A DNA stretch of 50,830 nucleotides from Nemertoderma westbladi (GCA_032718475.1 JAUCBJ010007034.1:1-50830), one strand, 5' to 3'. Positions 34,816 to 45,771 are shown, counted from the first letter of the stretch. Notes: a model not told the origin generated them from the sequence alone. Numbers and translations: made by a program.

Positions 34816-35514
34816 ACGAGAGTACCTAAGGGTTTTATGTGTACAAATATGAATAGGCATATTACATTACTGTAACTCAATCAAAATACGTCGGATTTTC
34901 GAAAGTTTTTACGTTAAAGTTAAACTACAAATGCTATCTTATAGTGAAATAATTCATCAATACGGCTATAGGTCGTCAGGCGGTGGTATTTTCCTATCTG
35001 GACAGTGCAATATATTTACTACTACTTATTATTTTCAAATACCGTAGTACCCTGTCCGTTGTAATAACCAGAATTCTAACCCTTTGTTAGGCTGGTTTGT
35101 AGACTTCCTGTAAAATTACCCTAAAAATTCGTACGTAATATTTTGTTGTGTTTAATTAGAGATTTAATCTCACCCATATCGTAAGTAATTTGTAGTATTA
35201 AGTAACTTAGGTAAATTAGAATTATCTGTTTTAGTGTCCAATAAATAGCACTTCACTGAGAGCGCCCAGCTTCTGTGTAGTGACCCCCCAGAAATAATAA
35301 CATTTTATTTCGAATATTGACAAAACCCATTTTAAACGAGTATATAAATATTATAAATCAACTCAACCGATTTATAAATAGTAGGCCTGCCATACAACAA
35401 CTAGGTCTCAATATCAGTTGGACTACTGCTTAAATAACGGTAATAAAGTAAGTTAAAGTACGGTAACCAAGTAACCCTAAAATATTCAGAAATTCAATTA
35501 TTCTAAAATAATTG

Positions 35515-35765
35515 ACATACCGGTATTTACCATAGGCTTATTATATTTATTTCTATAAATTTGAGCTGAAATCATACCGGTATTCTGTAATTAATTCTAG
35601 TTCATAATTATACTTATATATACTATAAGTGTAAGCTGTATACCGGTATTCACGATAGGCCTATTATATATTTATATATATTTGTGCTAAAATTATATAC
35701 CGGTACTCTGTGACAAATCTAGTCTGAAATAATACTTAAATATACTATAAGCATACCGGTATTCT
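35515..35765. repeat. Array of ATACCGGTA motifs at 56-66 bp spacing upstream of outer gag
   Basis: ACCGGT at 35519, 35576, 35642, 35699 and 35755 within degenerate tandem units. Confidence 0.8.
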
Positions 35766-35897
35766 AATATATTATATATATCACGCTACACTGAGTAGCA
35801 GTATCGGTAATTAATTGTTAGGCTAACAGTGATACTGAATTACTAGACTTACTTTAACTGTATTTATAGCCGTAGGCATTCAACTGTGTAAACAAAC

Positions 35898-37040
35898 ATG
35901 TCAGACGCAACCCAATCACTGTCAGATAGTCTCTTAGAAAGTGTTAGAATGAGTATTAGACTTAGACAGCGTATTAAAAGGATCTGTGACCAAGATCAAA
36001 GTATAGAACATCCCAGATCCAAGTCTAAGTCACCTACTATTGTAAAAAAGGCCATACCTACAGTAGTAGTGTCAGACCCTAGGCTAGTAGAACAACGTAG
36101 GTCTATCATCGGCACTCGGGCCCAAGTCAAGCGGGATCAAGAAGCAGCTGTCAAACCGCAGCAACATCCTAGCCAAGAACCTAGTTCTCAGCGGCCCGAT
36201 AGCTCCAGTAGTTCGGATACTGCTGAGCGGACACCCGAAAGCGGAGCGAAGATGGCGGATACGGTTTATGATGAGCGGCCAACCTATGAAGAATCAGTCG
36301 ACGCCACTTCTTCTCAAGTGGAAAGCGAAGTGGAAAGCGAATTAACAGCAGCAGAGAAGCCGCGAACTAGAGACGCCATTGACATCTATCTGTCAGACTA
36401 TCAGCGATTCATAGGAGACGAAGAGTTGAGGAGACGACTGTCTGGACTTCGCCCTAATAGTGAAGGAACCAAGCTTGTGTTGGACGCAATCGATGCGGAA
36501 ATGTTAGCTGCGAACCAAGCTAAATTTGATGAACGACTCCGCCTCGTTAGAGTCCAAGAAGAACAAATAAAGAAAAAACAGATAGAGGACCGAAAGGCAG
36601 CAGCAGTAGCAGCGGCAATGGCAGAAGTAGAAGCAGAAAGAAAGGCAGCGGCGGCAGAAGTAGAAGCAGAAAGAAAGGCAGCGGAAGTAGAAGCAAAAAG
36701 AAAGGCAGCGGTAGCAGAAGCAGAAAGAAAGGCGGCAGCGGCAATGGCAAAGGCAGTGGCAGAAGCAGAACGGAGAGCGTCTGAGGAGACTACCCAACTG
36801 GAGTTGGAAAATCTGCAAGAGACGCAAGACTACATAAATAAACAGCTAACTGCTAGTCGAATGCAGATGATGAGACGATCTACTCCAAAACGCCAGGGAT
36901 ACACATCATCGGAGGAAAGCAAAACCACCGATCCTGAAGGCGGAGGAAATAGATCTCGTCTAAGCAGGCGTAGAAAAACATCTCACCGTCATAAACTGCC
37001 TGATTTGCCCCCAGCTGTCAGCAGACTAGCACAGACTTAG
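35898..37040 (+). CDS. Outer Gag N-terminal part (coiled coil), frameshifted relative to the rest
   Basis: 380-aa ORF with AEVEAERKAA repeats; the -1 frame is open from ~37004 into ORF 37142. Confidence 0.8.
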   Translation: MSDATQSLSDSLLESVRMSIRLRQRIKRICDQDQSIEHPRSKSKSPTIVKKAIPTVVVSDPRLVEQRRSIIGTRAQVKRDQEAAVKPQQHPSQEPSSQRPDSSSSSDTAERTPESGAKMADTVYDERPTYEESVDATSSQVESEVESELTAAEKPRTRDAIDIYLSDYQRFIGDEELRRRLSGLRPNSEGTKLVLDAIDAEMLAANQAKFDERLRLVRVQEEQIKKKQIEDRKAAAVAAAMAEVEAERKAAAAEVEAERKAAEVEAKRKAAVAEAERKAAAAMAKAVAEAERRASEETTQLELENLQETQDYINKQLTASRMQMMRRSTPKRQGYTSSEESKTTDPEGGGNRSRLSRRRKTSHRHKLPDLPPAVSRLAQT

Positions 37041-37141
37041 GTAGTACAGAACCCACAGACCAAATTATTAAGGTCAAAAGACTCCCTACCATAGTTGATG
37101 AGCCTGAAATAATTAGGCCTGTCGTTCCCAAAGTCACTCCT

Positions 37142-39169
37142 GTGCTAGAGACCCCTGTACTTCCAGAGCTTAACTCTAAGTTCCCTTTACACAGTACTAC
37201 ACTGCCTGTACCCGGTAGAACAGTCCATGAGAATATCCCTGTCCTGGAAGCTGAGAGAGAAATCAAAGATTTGTCTCCCGTCGTCCCGCGTCAGCCCGCT
37301 ACAATGTTGGCGACTCCCGCTTCGGCGGTTGAGTGGGTAGAGGAGGGACGGCGGGGGATGAATCTCCTGCTCGGACAGATGCAGGAGACTGTCCACCAGC
37401 TTAAGGGAACAGTAAGGGAAGGTAGGGCAGAATTGCAAGAAGTGCAGCAAAGTATCGCACTGGAAGGCGACAAATTAGTCAATATACAAAAGGGCATACC
37501 AATACCCCCTGTAACATTGTGTCAACCTGTTAGGTCTGAAGTATTACATGCGCAAGGTGTGGAGCCTACACGCATCTATACTGCTAGTGAAGTAGAAACT
37601 CCTATAGCAAACCCTATTAAGGGTGATTATAGACCTGTTGTTAATGATGTTCCCTATAGACCTGATAATGATCCGAGAAATTTATATACCGATAATTCGA
37701 TATTAAATAACACGATGGCCCAAGAAAGCTTTACGCGTCAGATGGCTAGAACAGAAGCCCGCCAAGCGGTCAAAGTGGGAGAGATCGTTAAATTCAATGG
37801 AGATGAGATGAAATGGCTACATTTCAATGAATATTACAAAGATAGCATACAAAACTCTGTACTATCTAACGGAGAGAAACTTAGGTTCCTCATCAAGTGC
37901 TTGGAAGGACCTCCCAGGTTAATGGCGTTAAAGTTTATTGGACATCCAGAAGGATTAAGACAAGTATGGGATACATTAAACATCAGGTATGGTAACAAGG
38001 ATAACATAGCTAAGTATTTGTATGCAAAATTAGTAGCCCCCCGACACTTCCTTAGTAGCGGGATTATAGAGTTTTCCGATGAGATTCAAGAGATCTGTAG
38101 ACAATTGGACTGGTTAGGTAAGTCTCATGAATATCAGAGTTCCATGGTTATTGGAGCCGTAGTCTCTACTTTACCAAAGGGTGGAGTATGTACACGCTGG
38201 GACAAGAAAGTGTTATATATGAATGAGCAGCAACGACGAAGCCCTACCATGGCTGATCTCATGTCCTTCTTAGATAGTGAAGTAAAATTACAACTCATAA
38301 AGCAGTCCAGAGAGAAAACATCGGAAAATAAGGTAAGTGAGAAACCCGTTTCTAGGAGAAGGATAATACCAGTGTGTTATACTGATGACGGCGAAAGCCA
38401 AGCTTCTCAAGAAGAGGACAGCGGGAAAGACACAGCAAAATTTTACTATGACAACAAGACCTATAAAGACGTAAGTAAATATAAGTCTCGAACCAACGAT
38501 AGGAGAGAACAGGTAACAACAACTCCTCCCACGTCTCCTAAGAGAATTCACGGAAGAAAGCCCGAAGAAAGAACGAGAGTGCATAACGTTACCCAAGGTA
38601 AAGTGAGTAACATCAAACCAAAATGTGCGCTGTGCGACGGGCCCCACCGTTTGAGTGCGTGTGCTGAATTTCTAAAGAAATCCCTTGTAGACAGACGTAC
38701 AGTCCTGTGGAATAAGCGGTTATGCTATAATTGCCTCAGATCAGGACACCAACGGCGAACCTGTTACTCCGACGTAAAGTGTGCAAAGTGTGGCGCGAAA
38801 CATCACATCTTGTTACACAGTGAGTTCGAACGAGACAACCCGAGTCAGGTAAGTGAGCCCGAACTACATGTCCAATTCAGTGATGTAAATGACACTGATC
38901 AAGAATCTGAGATGGAAGGATTCTATACGGACGAATTCTCCGACGCCAACGAATCCTGTTACCTAATAAATACCGCAGTGTATCGAGCACTTACGCATAA
39001 AAAGGACACCGACAATGAGTTCCCCCCAACTACCTTTGACAGACAACCATCTTGGAAAGCTCCAACTTCCAACTTAGGAATCAGAGAATTTCCTGTAGTG
39101 CAGGTAAGAGTTCATGGTCCTAACAAAAGTTACATAGTGAACGCCCTCCTTGACTCCGGCAGCACATGA
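37142..39169 (+). CDS. Outer Gag core, zinc knuckles and protease start
   Basis: IVKFNGDEMKW, CALCDGPHRLSAC, CYNCLRSGHQRRTC, CAKCGAKHHILLH, ALLDSGST then an in-frame TGA. Confidence 0.92.
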   Translation: MLETPVLPELNSKFPLHSTTLPVPGRTVHENIPVLEAEREIKDLSPVVPRQPATMLATPASAVEWVEEGRRGMNLLLGQMQETVHQLKGTVREGRAELQEVQQSIALEGDKLVNIQKGIPIPPVTLCQPVRSEVLHAQGVEPTRIYTASEVETPIANPIKGDYRPVVNDVPYRPDNDPRNLYTDNSILNNTMAQESFTRQMARTEARQAVKVGEIVKFNGDEMKWLHFNEYYKDSIQNSVLSNGEKLRFLIKCLEGPPRLMALKFIGHPEGLRQVWDTLNIRYGNKDNIAKYLYAKLVAPRHFLSSGIIEFSDEIQEICRQLDWLGKSHEYQSSMVIGAVVSTLPKGGVCTRWDKKVLYMNEQQRRSPTMADLMSFLDSEVKLQLIKQSREKTSENKVSEKPVSRRRIIPVCYTDDGESQASQEEDSGKDTAKFYYDNKTYKDVSKYKSRTNDRREQVTTTPPTSPKRIHGRKPEERTRVHNVTQGKVSNIKPKCALCDGPHRLSACAEFLKKSLVDRRTVLWNKRLCYNCLRSGHQRRTCYSDVKCAKCGAKHHILLHSEFERDNPSQVSEPELHVQFSDVNDTDQESEMEGFYTDEFSDANESCYLINTAVYRALTHKKDTDNEFPPTTFDRQPSWKAPTSNLGIREFPVVQVRVHGPNKSYIVNALLDSGST

Positions 39170-40057
39170 ACATTCATCGATCAAGAACTAGCCGAAGATA
39201 TATTTGCTGGACAACCCAAATTCCGGACTAAATTGAATATGTCAGGAATTATGCAGGTTTGGAAATCTACCCTAACGGCAGATTACTATGTAGGTGTGTT
39301 GTCCACCCCCCAGGATAAATTAGGAGCACAAGGTGTAAGGTCGGTAAAAATGGTGGCTATAAAGAACTTTGCTACTACTCAGGCAGACCTTTATAATTGG
39401 GACGAGGATGAGAGCATCCAACATCTTAAGATACCTCGATTCCAGACAGATTATCCTGGAGTGCAAATACTCATCGGCCAAAACGCGCATGAGGCACTCG
39501 AGACATTGGAGAAACGGCCTGCTCAACCGCAGCCACTACAAACCTATGCGGTAAGAACTAGAGTAGGTTGGTACTTCACTGACCCTTCCCGTAGAACTCT
39601 CAAAGAGAGATTACCTCAACAACAGGTATACCAAGTAAAGGAATGGGAAGTGGAGAGCAGTGATGTGGACGATCCAACTGAGGGAACACCATACTCCTCA
39701 GATAATGACGATATTAACTCCAATGTAGATCAATGGAGACATTGCCTTGGGACGATTAATCCATCCGACATCGCTTCCAGAGGAGCAACTCCTCAAGAAC
39801 TGATAGATACTCCAGGCTGGTTAGGTGGATCCGACTTCTTAAGTAAAGAAGAAGAAGAATGGCCTCCTCATCTTACCACAGCGAAGATTAGACAGGCCAA
39901 GGGAGCGGAGAAAGTAACACAACAACTCAATCGCCCAGCTGTTCGTTTATGTTTACTGGAAAGAGACCGAAAACTGTCCGGAAACTATGGAAGGCAAGAT
40001 ACTCTTCCTACGACCACTTCCCTAATCCGACAAATATCTAGGGACTCCATAACGTAA
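39170..40057 (+). pseudogene. Outer pol remnant: protease C-half fused in frame to the RNase H C-terminal motif; RT and integrase absent
   Basis: TFID..QILIG..TRVGW followed directly by QWRHCLGTINPSDIASRG..WLGGSDFL..EEEWP, then a stop. Confidence 0.88.
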
Positions 40058-40599
40058 TAACATATGGAGTGGGCGTGTGACTATATCATTTTATATTTGT
40101 TTTTATTTTATATTTATGTATGTATTATTATGTAATTTTATTATAATCGTTTTCTTTAATTTTATTTAGTAGAATGTTATTTTGGTGATTATTTAGTAGA
40201 TTAGTGCAATATATTAGTGTTTATTACGTACGTAATTACTTATAATATATACTTAGTGCGACGGCGAGAAATAATTTTTCTCTTTCCTTACTGTCCGTAT
40301 CATATTATAAATACGTGACTACAGTAAGATGAAATGTCTGTACTTATTAAAGTACAATAAAGCCACTACTATATTCAGGTATTATTGGTAGGCAGAGTAT
40401 TAGGAATGCAAAGTTCAGATCCTCGTGTCTCGGCTAAACCAAGCTCTGGGTAGACCTTGGAAACGACTTGCCTCTTCACACTGACATTGCTTCGTGCGAT
40501 ATTGCTCTTCTACCTTATATTAAATAATACATATAGTAGCGTGATGTCCATATAACAGTAGCGTAAAACGCAAATAAATCTGTTAAACCTTTTGACCAT

Positions 40600-40870
40600 C
40601 TGTAATTCTAGTCGATTAAGATATCGCGGCACCCACCGATATACTTGAAAGACAAATTCTAGAATCAGTGGTTAACGTCCCCAGACAAGCTCTGGAATAA
40701 ATCAGTGCCCATCTTAAATATTAATTTAATATTTAGTAAACTCTGTAAAATTCAGATCCTTTAAATTTCTAGTCAATTAAGATATCGCAGCACTTACCGA
40801 TACTCTTAAAGGACAATTGTCATAGAATTAAGGATCCTATGCCCCCAGACCTGCTCTGGAATCAAATTGT
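40600..40870. repeat. Degenerate ~163-bp duplication in outer 3' non-coding region
   Basis: TTCTAGTC.ATTAAGATATCGC.GCAC...CCCCAGAC..GCTCTGGAAT occurs twice. Confidence 0.7.
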
Positions 40871-41683
40871 GTCAATTTTAACATCAAATAATAAAATTCA
40901 CGGGAATAAATTTAAATTCATATTTTAAATGAATTTCATAAATTGTCATTTTGTACAATTTATAACATTCCCAAAATTCCATTAATTAATAGATCATGGG
41001 AGCGGAGATTCATCCTATTGAGTGTATTAGAGTGCGAGAATCCCCAACATATAGTCAATAGCCTATAAAATTAATAAAATCATGCATAAAGAGGATATTG
41101 ACAATTAAAGAATTATTATTAAATAGCATTCCAGATCTGTATGCATGAGAATTACCCTAATTCTACCGCTAGCATTCCATAATGTCACCATAGCAACACC
41201 CACGTTAGAATTAGAAGCAAGTTAAGGGAACAATAGAAAGCTTGTCCCATTGCATAGCATAGAGAATACATAACACACTGTTAGTATCCAAGGATACACA
41301 GTAATAACGTGACATTCTGGAATGCACTGACTAACGGACAAATGGCCTGTATGTGTACAATTGGTGACAGTTGTGTGGAATTTGTGCGTTTGTAGGTGAA
41401 TGTTACTGCTAAGGTGTGTTTACAGTAGCTAGTCGCAATTGTGAAAGTAGCCCAACTCTCCTATAGAAAGAACCTAAAGTGGATTCAAGCCTTTGGGACG
41501 GACAGTGGAGTGACTTGTGCCGGTTATCGTTGTCGTGCTGTTGCTACATGTTGGCGTAAACACCGCGACGACGGTACATCGGCGCTGAGAATCCCACTGT
41601 CCGGGGGCAAAGAGAGGTAGGCAGCGACGTCCGCTCGCCTAAACATAAACTCATTTCGATATTAACAAACTCAGATAGCAGAT

Positions 41684-42082
41684 ATGACGGAGTTGATAGA
41701 AGATGATCTTGGTATCAGGGAGCGATATACTCTACCTTTACAAGCATTTGTGGATAGCTTGATACGCGGTGAAACCGATCCAACCATTACGGAGGACGAT
41801 GGTCGTTATATCGAACCGCCGATGTCCCAAGAGCAACTTACGCGTGAATTGGACTATCGAAAATTCACCGCTCGCTATACGCATCGTAATAGTACGTATA
41901 TGGACTTCCTAACTACCGGCCATCCTATCGATTTACATGATACGGACAATGTAGACACCGAAAGGGAAATGGTTCTATTTAAATATCATACCCAGCGGAG
42001 TCGTAACGGTAAACCGAGAATAGATCATGAAAATTCTATTCGTAACAGACTGGGAAGACGAACCAATATGCCTAGAATCTGA
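41684..42082 (+). CDS. N-terminal part of outer accessory ORF (unknown function)
   Basis: 132-aa ORF; the frame stays open for ~77 codons after the TGA and contains CRLCASRDH. Confidence 0.6.
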   Translation: MTELIEDDLGIRERYTLPLQAFVDSLIRGETDPTITEDDGRYIEPPMSQEQLTRELDYRKFTARYTHRNSTYMDFLTTGHPIDLHDTDNVDTEREMVLFKYHTQRSRNGKPRIDHENSIRNRLGRRTNMPRI

Positions 42083-42176
42083 GGAGATTCAGCCTATCGC
42101 GCCCGGAACAGCGACAACGATTATATCCTAGAATGGTATCAAGGTCCACAGTGTCTCACTGCGTACAATTATCGCC

Positions 42177-43130
42177 ATGCCAACTATGTTTCTCGGCAAC
42201 GTTGTCGGTTATGCGCATCGAGAGACCATGTTACGCCCATGGACAAACGTCCGCTGTTCCTATTTCCACGAACAACCGGTGATGGAAATTTATTGTGCGT
42301 ATTGCAGACTCAATAACTTGCACATTTTTGCGGTTTGCCCTCAATTTATGACTCAATGTCACCATTGTCAACTAAAGGGACACGCCAGTTTCGATTGCCC
42401 TTTTAATCACGATTTGGAAAGCGTAGATGAAATGATCACACTACGTTACATCAGAGCTTGGGAAGCGAACGCTGATTTACATTGTGATTCGCGCCATCGC
42501 TATTATCCTGGACGCGCTTACGAAGGAGTTTATGCGTTCCATCCTTATCTATTCGCTTCTGTCGAACAGAAATCACGCATATCGAGTTACGAACTACTGA
42601 AGCGCGTCGGAGAATGTATTTCAACCAAATTCGTACGCAAATTTCTCAGGAGTGTTAATCCTAGCGACCTTCATTCCTATGACTTAATCAATTATATCCG
42701 TCAGGATCCGGACTATGGAGACTTGTTTGTTAACTCACACCCCGAGTTACAGGAAGTATATCGACGGCCTTACGAATACCGAGCCCGCGAACGCGAGTTG
42801 GAAAGAACCATTAAACCCCGGAGGTTTCTAACTGCCTATGGTCCACCCACGGCCCTCGTTCAGACCACTCGTAAAGGACCCGTAAGAGCGGCTGTCTTGA
42901 AACGAGCTCTCAAAGCCGTTAGACCCCTCTCCCCTGACGTTGATGTCAATCAACCCGGTACTTCGACTGGCGGATACACCGACCATAATCCTACACCCTC
43001 TGATGCAATCATATTGCACCCTTCACCCAGGAGTTATAGCCCTCCTTGTAAAGTGGCTCGCCCCAAAGAGAAAAGGACTCTGGCTAGCTTTAAAAAACTG
43101 CGTAAACGCCGTCCGCGCAAGAAAGACTAA
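42177..43130 (+). CDS. C-terminal part of outer accessory ORF: CCHC zinc-knuckle protein with basic NLS-like tail
   Basis: CAYCRLNNLHIFAVC, CHHCQLKGHASFDC, C-terminal KKLRKRRPRKKD; ends 78 bp before the 3' LTR. Confidence 0.72.
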   Translation: MPTMFLGNVVGYAHRETMLRPWTNVRCSYFHEQPVMEIYCAYCRLNNLHIFAVCPQFMTQCHHCQLKGHASFDCPFNHDLESVDEMITLRYIRAWEANADLHCDSRHRYYPGRAYEGVYAFHPYLFASVEQKSRISSYELLKRVGECISTKFVRKFLRSVNPSDLHSYDLINYIRQDPDYGDLFVNSHPELQEVYRRPYEYRARERELERTIKPRRFLTAYGPPTALVQTTRKGPVRAAVLKRALKAVRPLSPDVDVNQPGTSTGGYTDHNPTPSDAIILHPSPRSYSPPCKVARPKEKRTLASFKKLRKRRPRKKD

Positions 43131-43194
43131 CTGTTTAGAGTATTTACGTATATTAGAAACTGTGATTTTGTATATTTTATAGACTCAAATCCCA

Positions 43195-43208
43195 TTTTCT
43201 GGGAGCGG
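43195..43208 (+). promoter_or_regulatory. PPT-position sequence of outer element (TTTTCTGGGAGCGG)
   Basis: Directly precedes the TG of the 3' LTR. Confidence 0.8.
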
Positions 43209-44445
43209 TGTAAAATCTTCTGTGGGATATAACTGGCCCTTTTGCTTCGCAATCCAGTTTCCCCCCAGGCGCTGGAATACTCTAAAAGGCTCTCTAACTA
43301 TATATATATTCCCCTCGCCCGCAAGGTACCGTTATAGGTGTTTTAACGGACATAAAAGTCATTCTTCTATATACGTGTTTTGGCGGACATGGTAAGGCAA
43401 AAAACCCTCAATGCACCAAATACCTTTACACAGCTTAGCCTTGATGATTCAGATTACGACATCTAACAGCTGGTTGCTGACATGGGAACAGCCATTGGAC
43501 ACATGGTTCTTTGTTTAGCTTAAGCCAATCAGAGCGATTTTTTCTGTCGATGTGGAGATATTCGGCCGATCATACTAGGAGTGTTCAGTCTTACTGTTTT
43601 TCTTGATAATGTTGTGTTGTTGCTATCTAGGCCAGGAACACCGGCTCTAGAGTCAATTCGTTTCAGACTTTAGAAGAAACATTAGTAGGCTTAAGATTAT
43701 AGAGCGTATAACTGTTATCGGTCCATATCAGTACATTGTCATATCATATCTTAACCTACCGTCTTAATGGTTTGCTGTTGTTTGGTTGAATATTATTTGG
43801 AGAACATTTATAAAGAACCCAAATTTCCCAATTTTCTTGATACACTACAGGTTAGAGAGACGGGTTATATATAGCGATTGCGACTTATATTATTGTGGTT
43901 TGTAGTGAATTTAATGCTATTTGATAAGCACTACATGAATCCGTTGCTGTTCTCTTTATATATGATAAAATTCATTGACGGTCGGCAAATTAGTGAGCAG
44001 TATTGTGTGTTACCGGTAGTGTGCATGATTGTGACTGATAACTAAGCATTTCCTAAAGAATGCGCCTCATACGTGAATCATAAGCCTTACCGACTTACCG
44101 TTGTGATTAGTATAAGTCATATCTCTGTTTACCTAGATAGAGCGCCACGTCCAAAAGGAACTGTTAATATTTCCCGAAAGTGAATAATATTAGTCAGAAA
44201 TTATTTATTAACGATCAATCGAATAATACAATACAGTAAGCTTACACTGCAATAATAATCTAAGCCCTCAGAATCCAGTCTCCCGGGTATATCCAGCGGG
44301 TGAATGGACGCGCACCAGGCTGGCTTCTGCTAATGTTGTGTTTATTGGTATTAAATATTTGTCAACTTCTAAAGTATATTTATAAACCAAAAGACATATA
44401 AATTTTGGCAGGTTAAACTGCTAAAGGTCTTCAAAAGCGCGTACA
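43209..44445 (+). repeat. 3' LTR of outer element
   Basis: Matches 16284-17520; followed by TSD CTGAT. Confidence 0.96.
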
Positions 44446-45510
44446 CTGATGTATATCTCATCAAGTATTGTTATGATCATTTTGGCATAATGTATAAATA
44501 AATGTATCTATCTATATCTAAGTGATTTGCTATCGTTTGAGGTAAGAGCTGTCATTTTTCCACTGGAAATATTAATTTCTTGCCATGCCATAGCAGAATT
44601 ACCAATTTTGTCAACGGCATTATTGATGGTGTTACAGTGCTTTTTTGTTTGATTGATGTCCATTTAGCAACGAGGATGCTGCATTGGCTACCTAACACTT
44701 TATTTCGAATTGGTACATGCGTGGTAGAAAAAACTACAATAAAAGACAGAAAGCAACAAAACACAATGTTGCATTGTTGGGACTACTTGAGGGCGGATGT
44801 CAACCAATGTTTAGCAGATTTTACCTTCATAAAGTTTAGCATATTGGATAGCACATGTTTTAGTGCCATGTGCCCATAGCGTTCATATCATGTAGCGCAG
44901 CTTTGAGTAGCGGAGTTCTGCTATCCAAATCTATACGTACACTGTGCTCACACTAATATTACTACTCCCCCGAGAACCTCATCAGCTTGCTTCCCCAGAT
45001 CCAAGGTATCGAATCTCTCTGTGGGTATATTTTAGCAATATGACTGCCAATATTGGCTGCTACCTGTTCTAGATAGCTGTAAATAGTTAGAATTTGAACA
45101 CAATCCAAGTGATCAACTGGAATTTGGTGACCTTCAAGAATATTGGTGGATTTCCTAACACTGGCTAATTGTATCCCCCACCCCCATATTATGTTGATCA
45201 TGAGACATTTGATGCACATCCACAATATTAAAAGGGACGATCAATTACACCTCACAAACCTCAAATGGTTGTTCGTTGTAAACAAGGTTTGGATAAATTA
45301 CAAAGTGATTTTATTGCAGCAGTAATTCCATATCTCATAGGTTCATATTTTGCTATCCAATAGGCCTCAAGGATCTTAAACATGTATGCCCGAGAAACAA
45401 TGCTGCAGAATGCCTCAATACTCCTCAATTATGATGGCTAGATCTAGACATGATGGCTAAAATGCAGATAATTTTCATTTCTCCTCCGAAGTAACAGAAT
45501 GGGCACCAAT

Positions 45511-45771
45511 GTAGTAGTAGTAGTATCGGCATGCTGCATTGCAGCTGCATTTTTAAGAATGCTGTGCCGGCTTGTCGACAAAATTGCGCCGCCACAACTC
45601 CCTATCACCCATGACATTTGCTAGATCATCCGCATCTTCAAGGCCAGTGTCCTTTAAGATGCGTCTCAAGAAAGTTATGGGCTGTCCACCATGCTTATTC
45701 ACTCCATGAGGCTGCCAAAGTACAAGATTATGCACTGGCTGGTCCTCACGGCGAAAGCAATGTCCTGCAAA
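45511..45771 (-). mobile_element. Second 5'-truncated RTE/RTEX-type LINE 3' end
   Basis: Near-identical inverted copy of 15432-15678 (FAGHC..HNLVLWQPHG..DRELWRR). Confidence 0.85.

Larger units (their letters stand above)
18856..34959 (-). mobile_element. Inner full-length BEL/Pao LTR retrotransposon inserted antisense into the outer leader
   Basis: LTRs 18856-21122 and 32697-34959; TSD ATACG (18851-18855, 34960-34964); Gag-PR-RT-RH-IN order with BEL motifs. Confidence 0.97.
32697..34959 (-). repeat. 5' LTR of inner element (2263 bp)
   Basis: TGATGAATT...CCTTACA on the minus strand; matches 18856-21122. Confidence 0.97.
16284..44445 (+). mobile_element. Outer BEL/Pao LTR retrotransposon, internally deleted (non-autonomous), carrying a nested insertion
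   Basis: 1237-bp direct TG..CA LTRs; 5-bp TSD CTGAT (16279-16283, 44446-44450); BEL-type Gag and protease; PPT before the 3' LTR. Confidence 0.96.

Noticed and set aside
37004-37040. Programmed -1 frameshift in outer gag
   Set aside because: No X-XXY-YYZ slippery heptamer in the overlap, and the element carries other lesions
41684-43130. Env gene in the outer element
   Set aside because: No signal peptide, furin site or transmembrane segment; it has zinc knuckles and a basic tail instead
44550-45480. Short ORFs and a weak LINE-endonuclease-like GGVVILV on the minus strand
   Set aside because: Many stops and only one short motif; insufficient support
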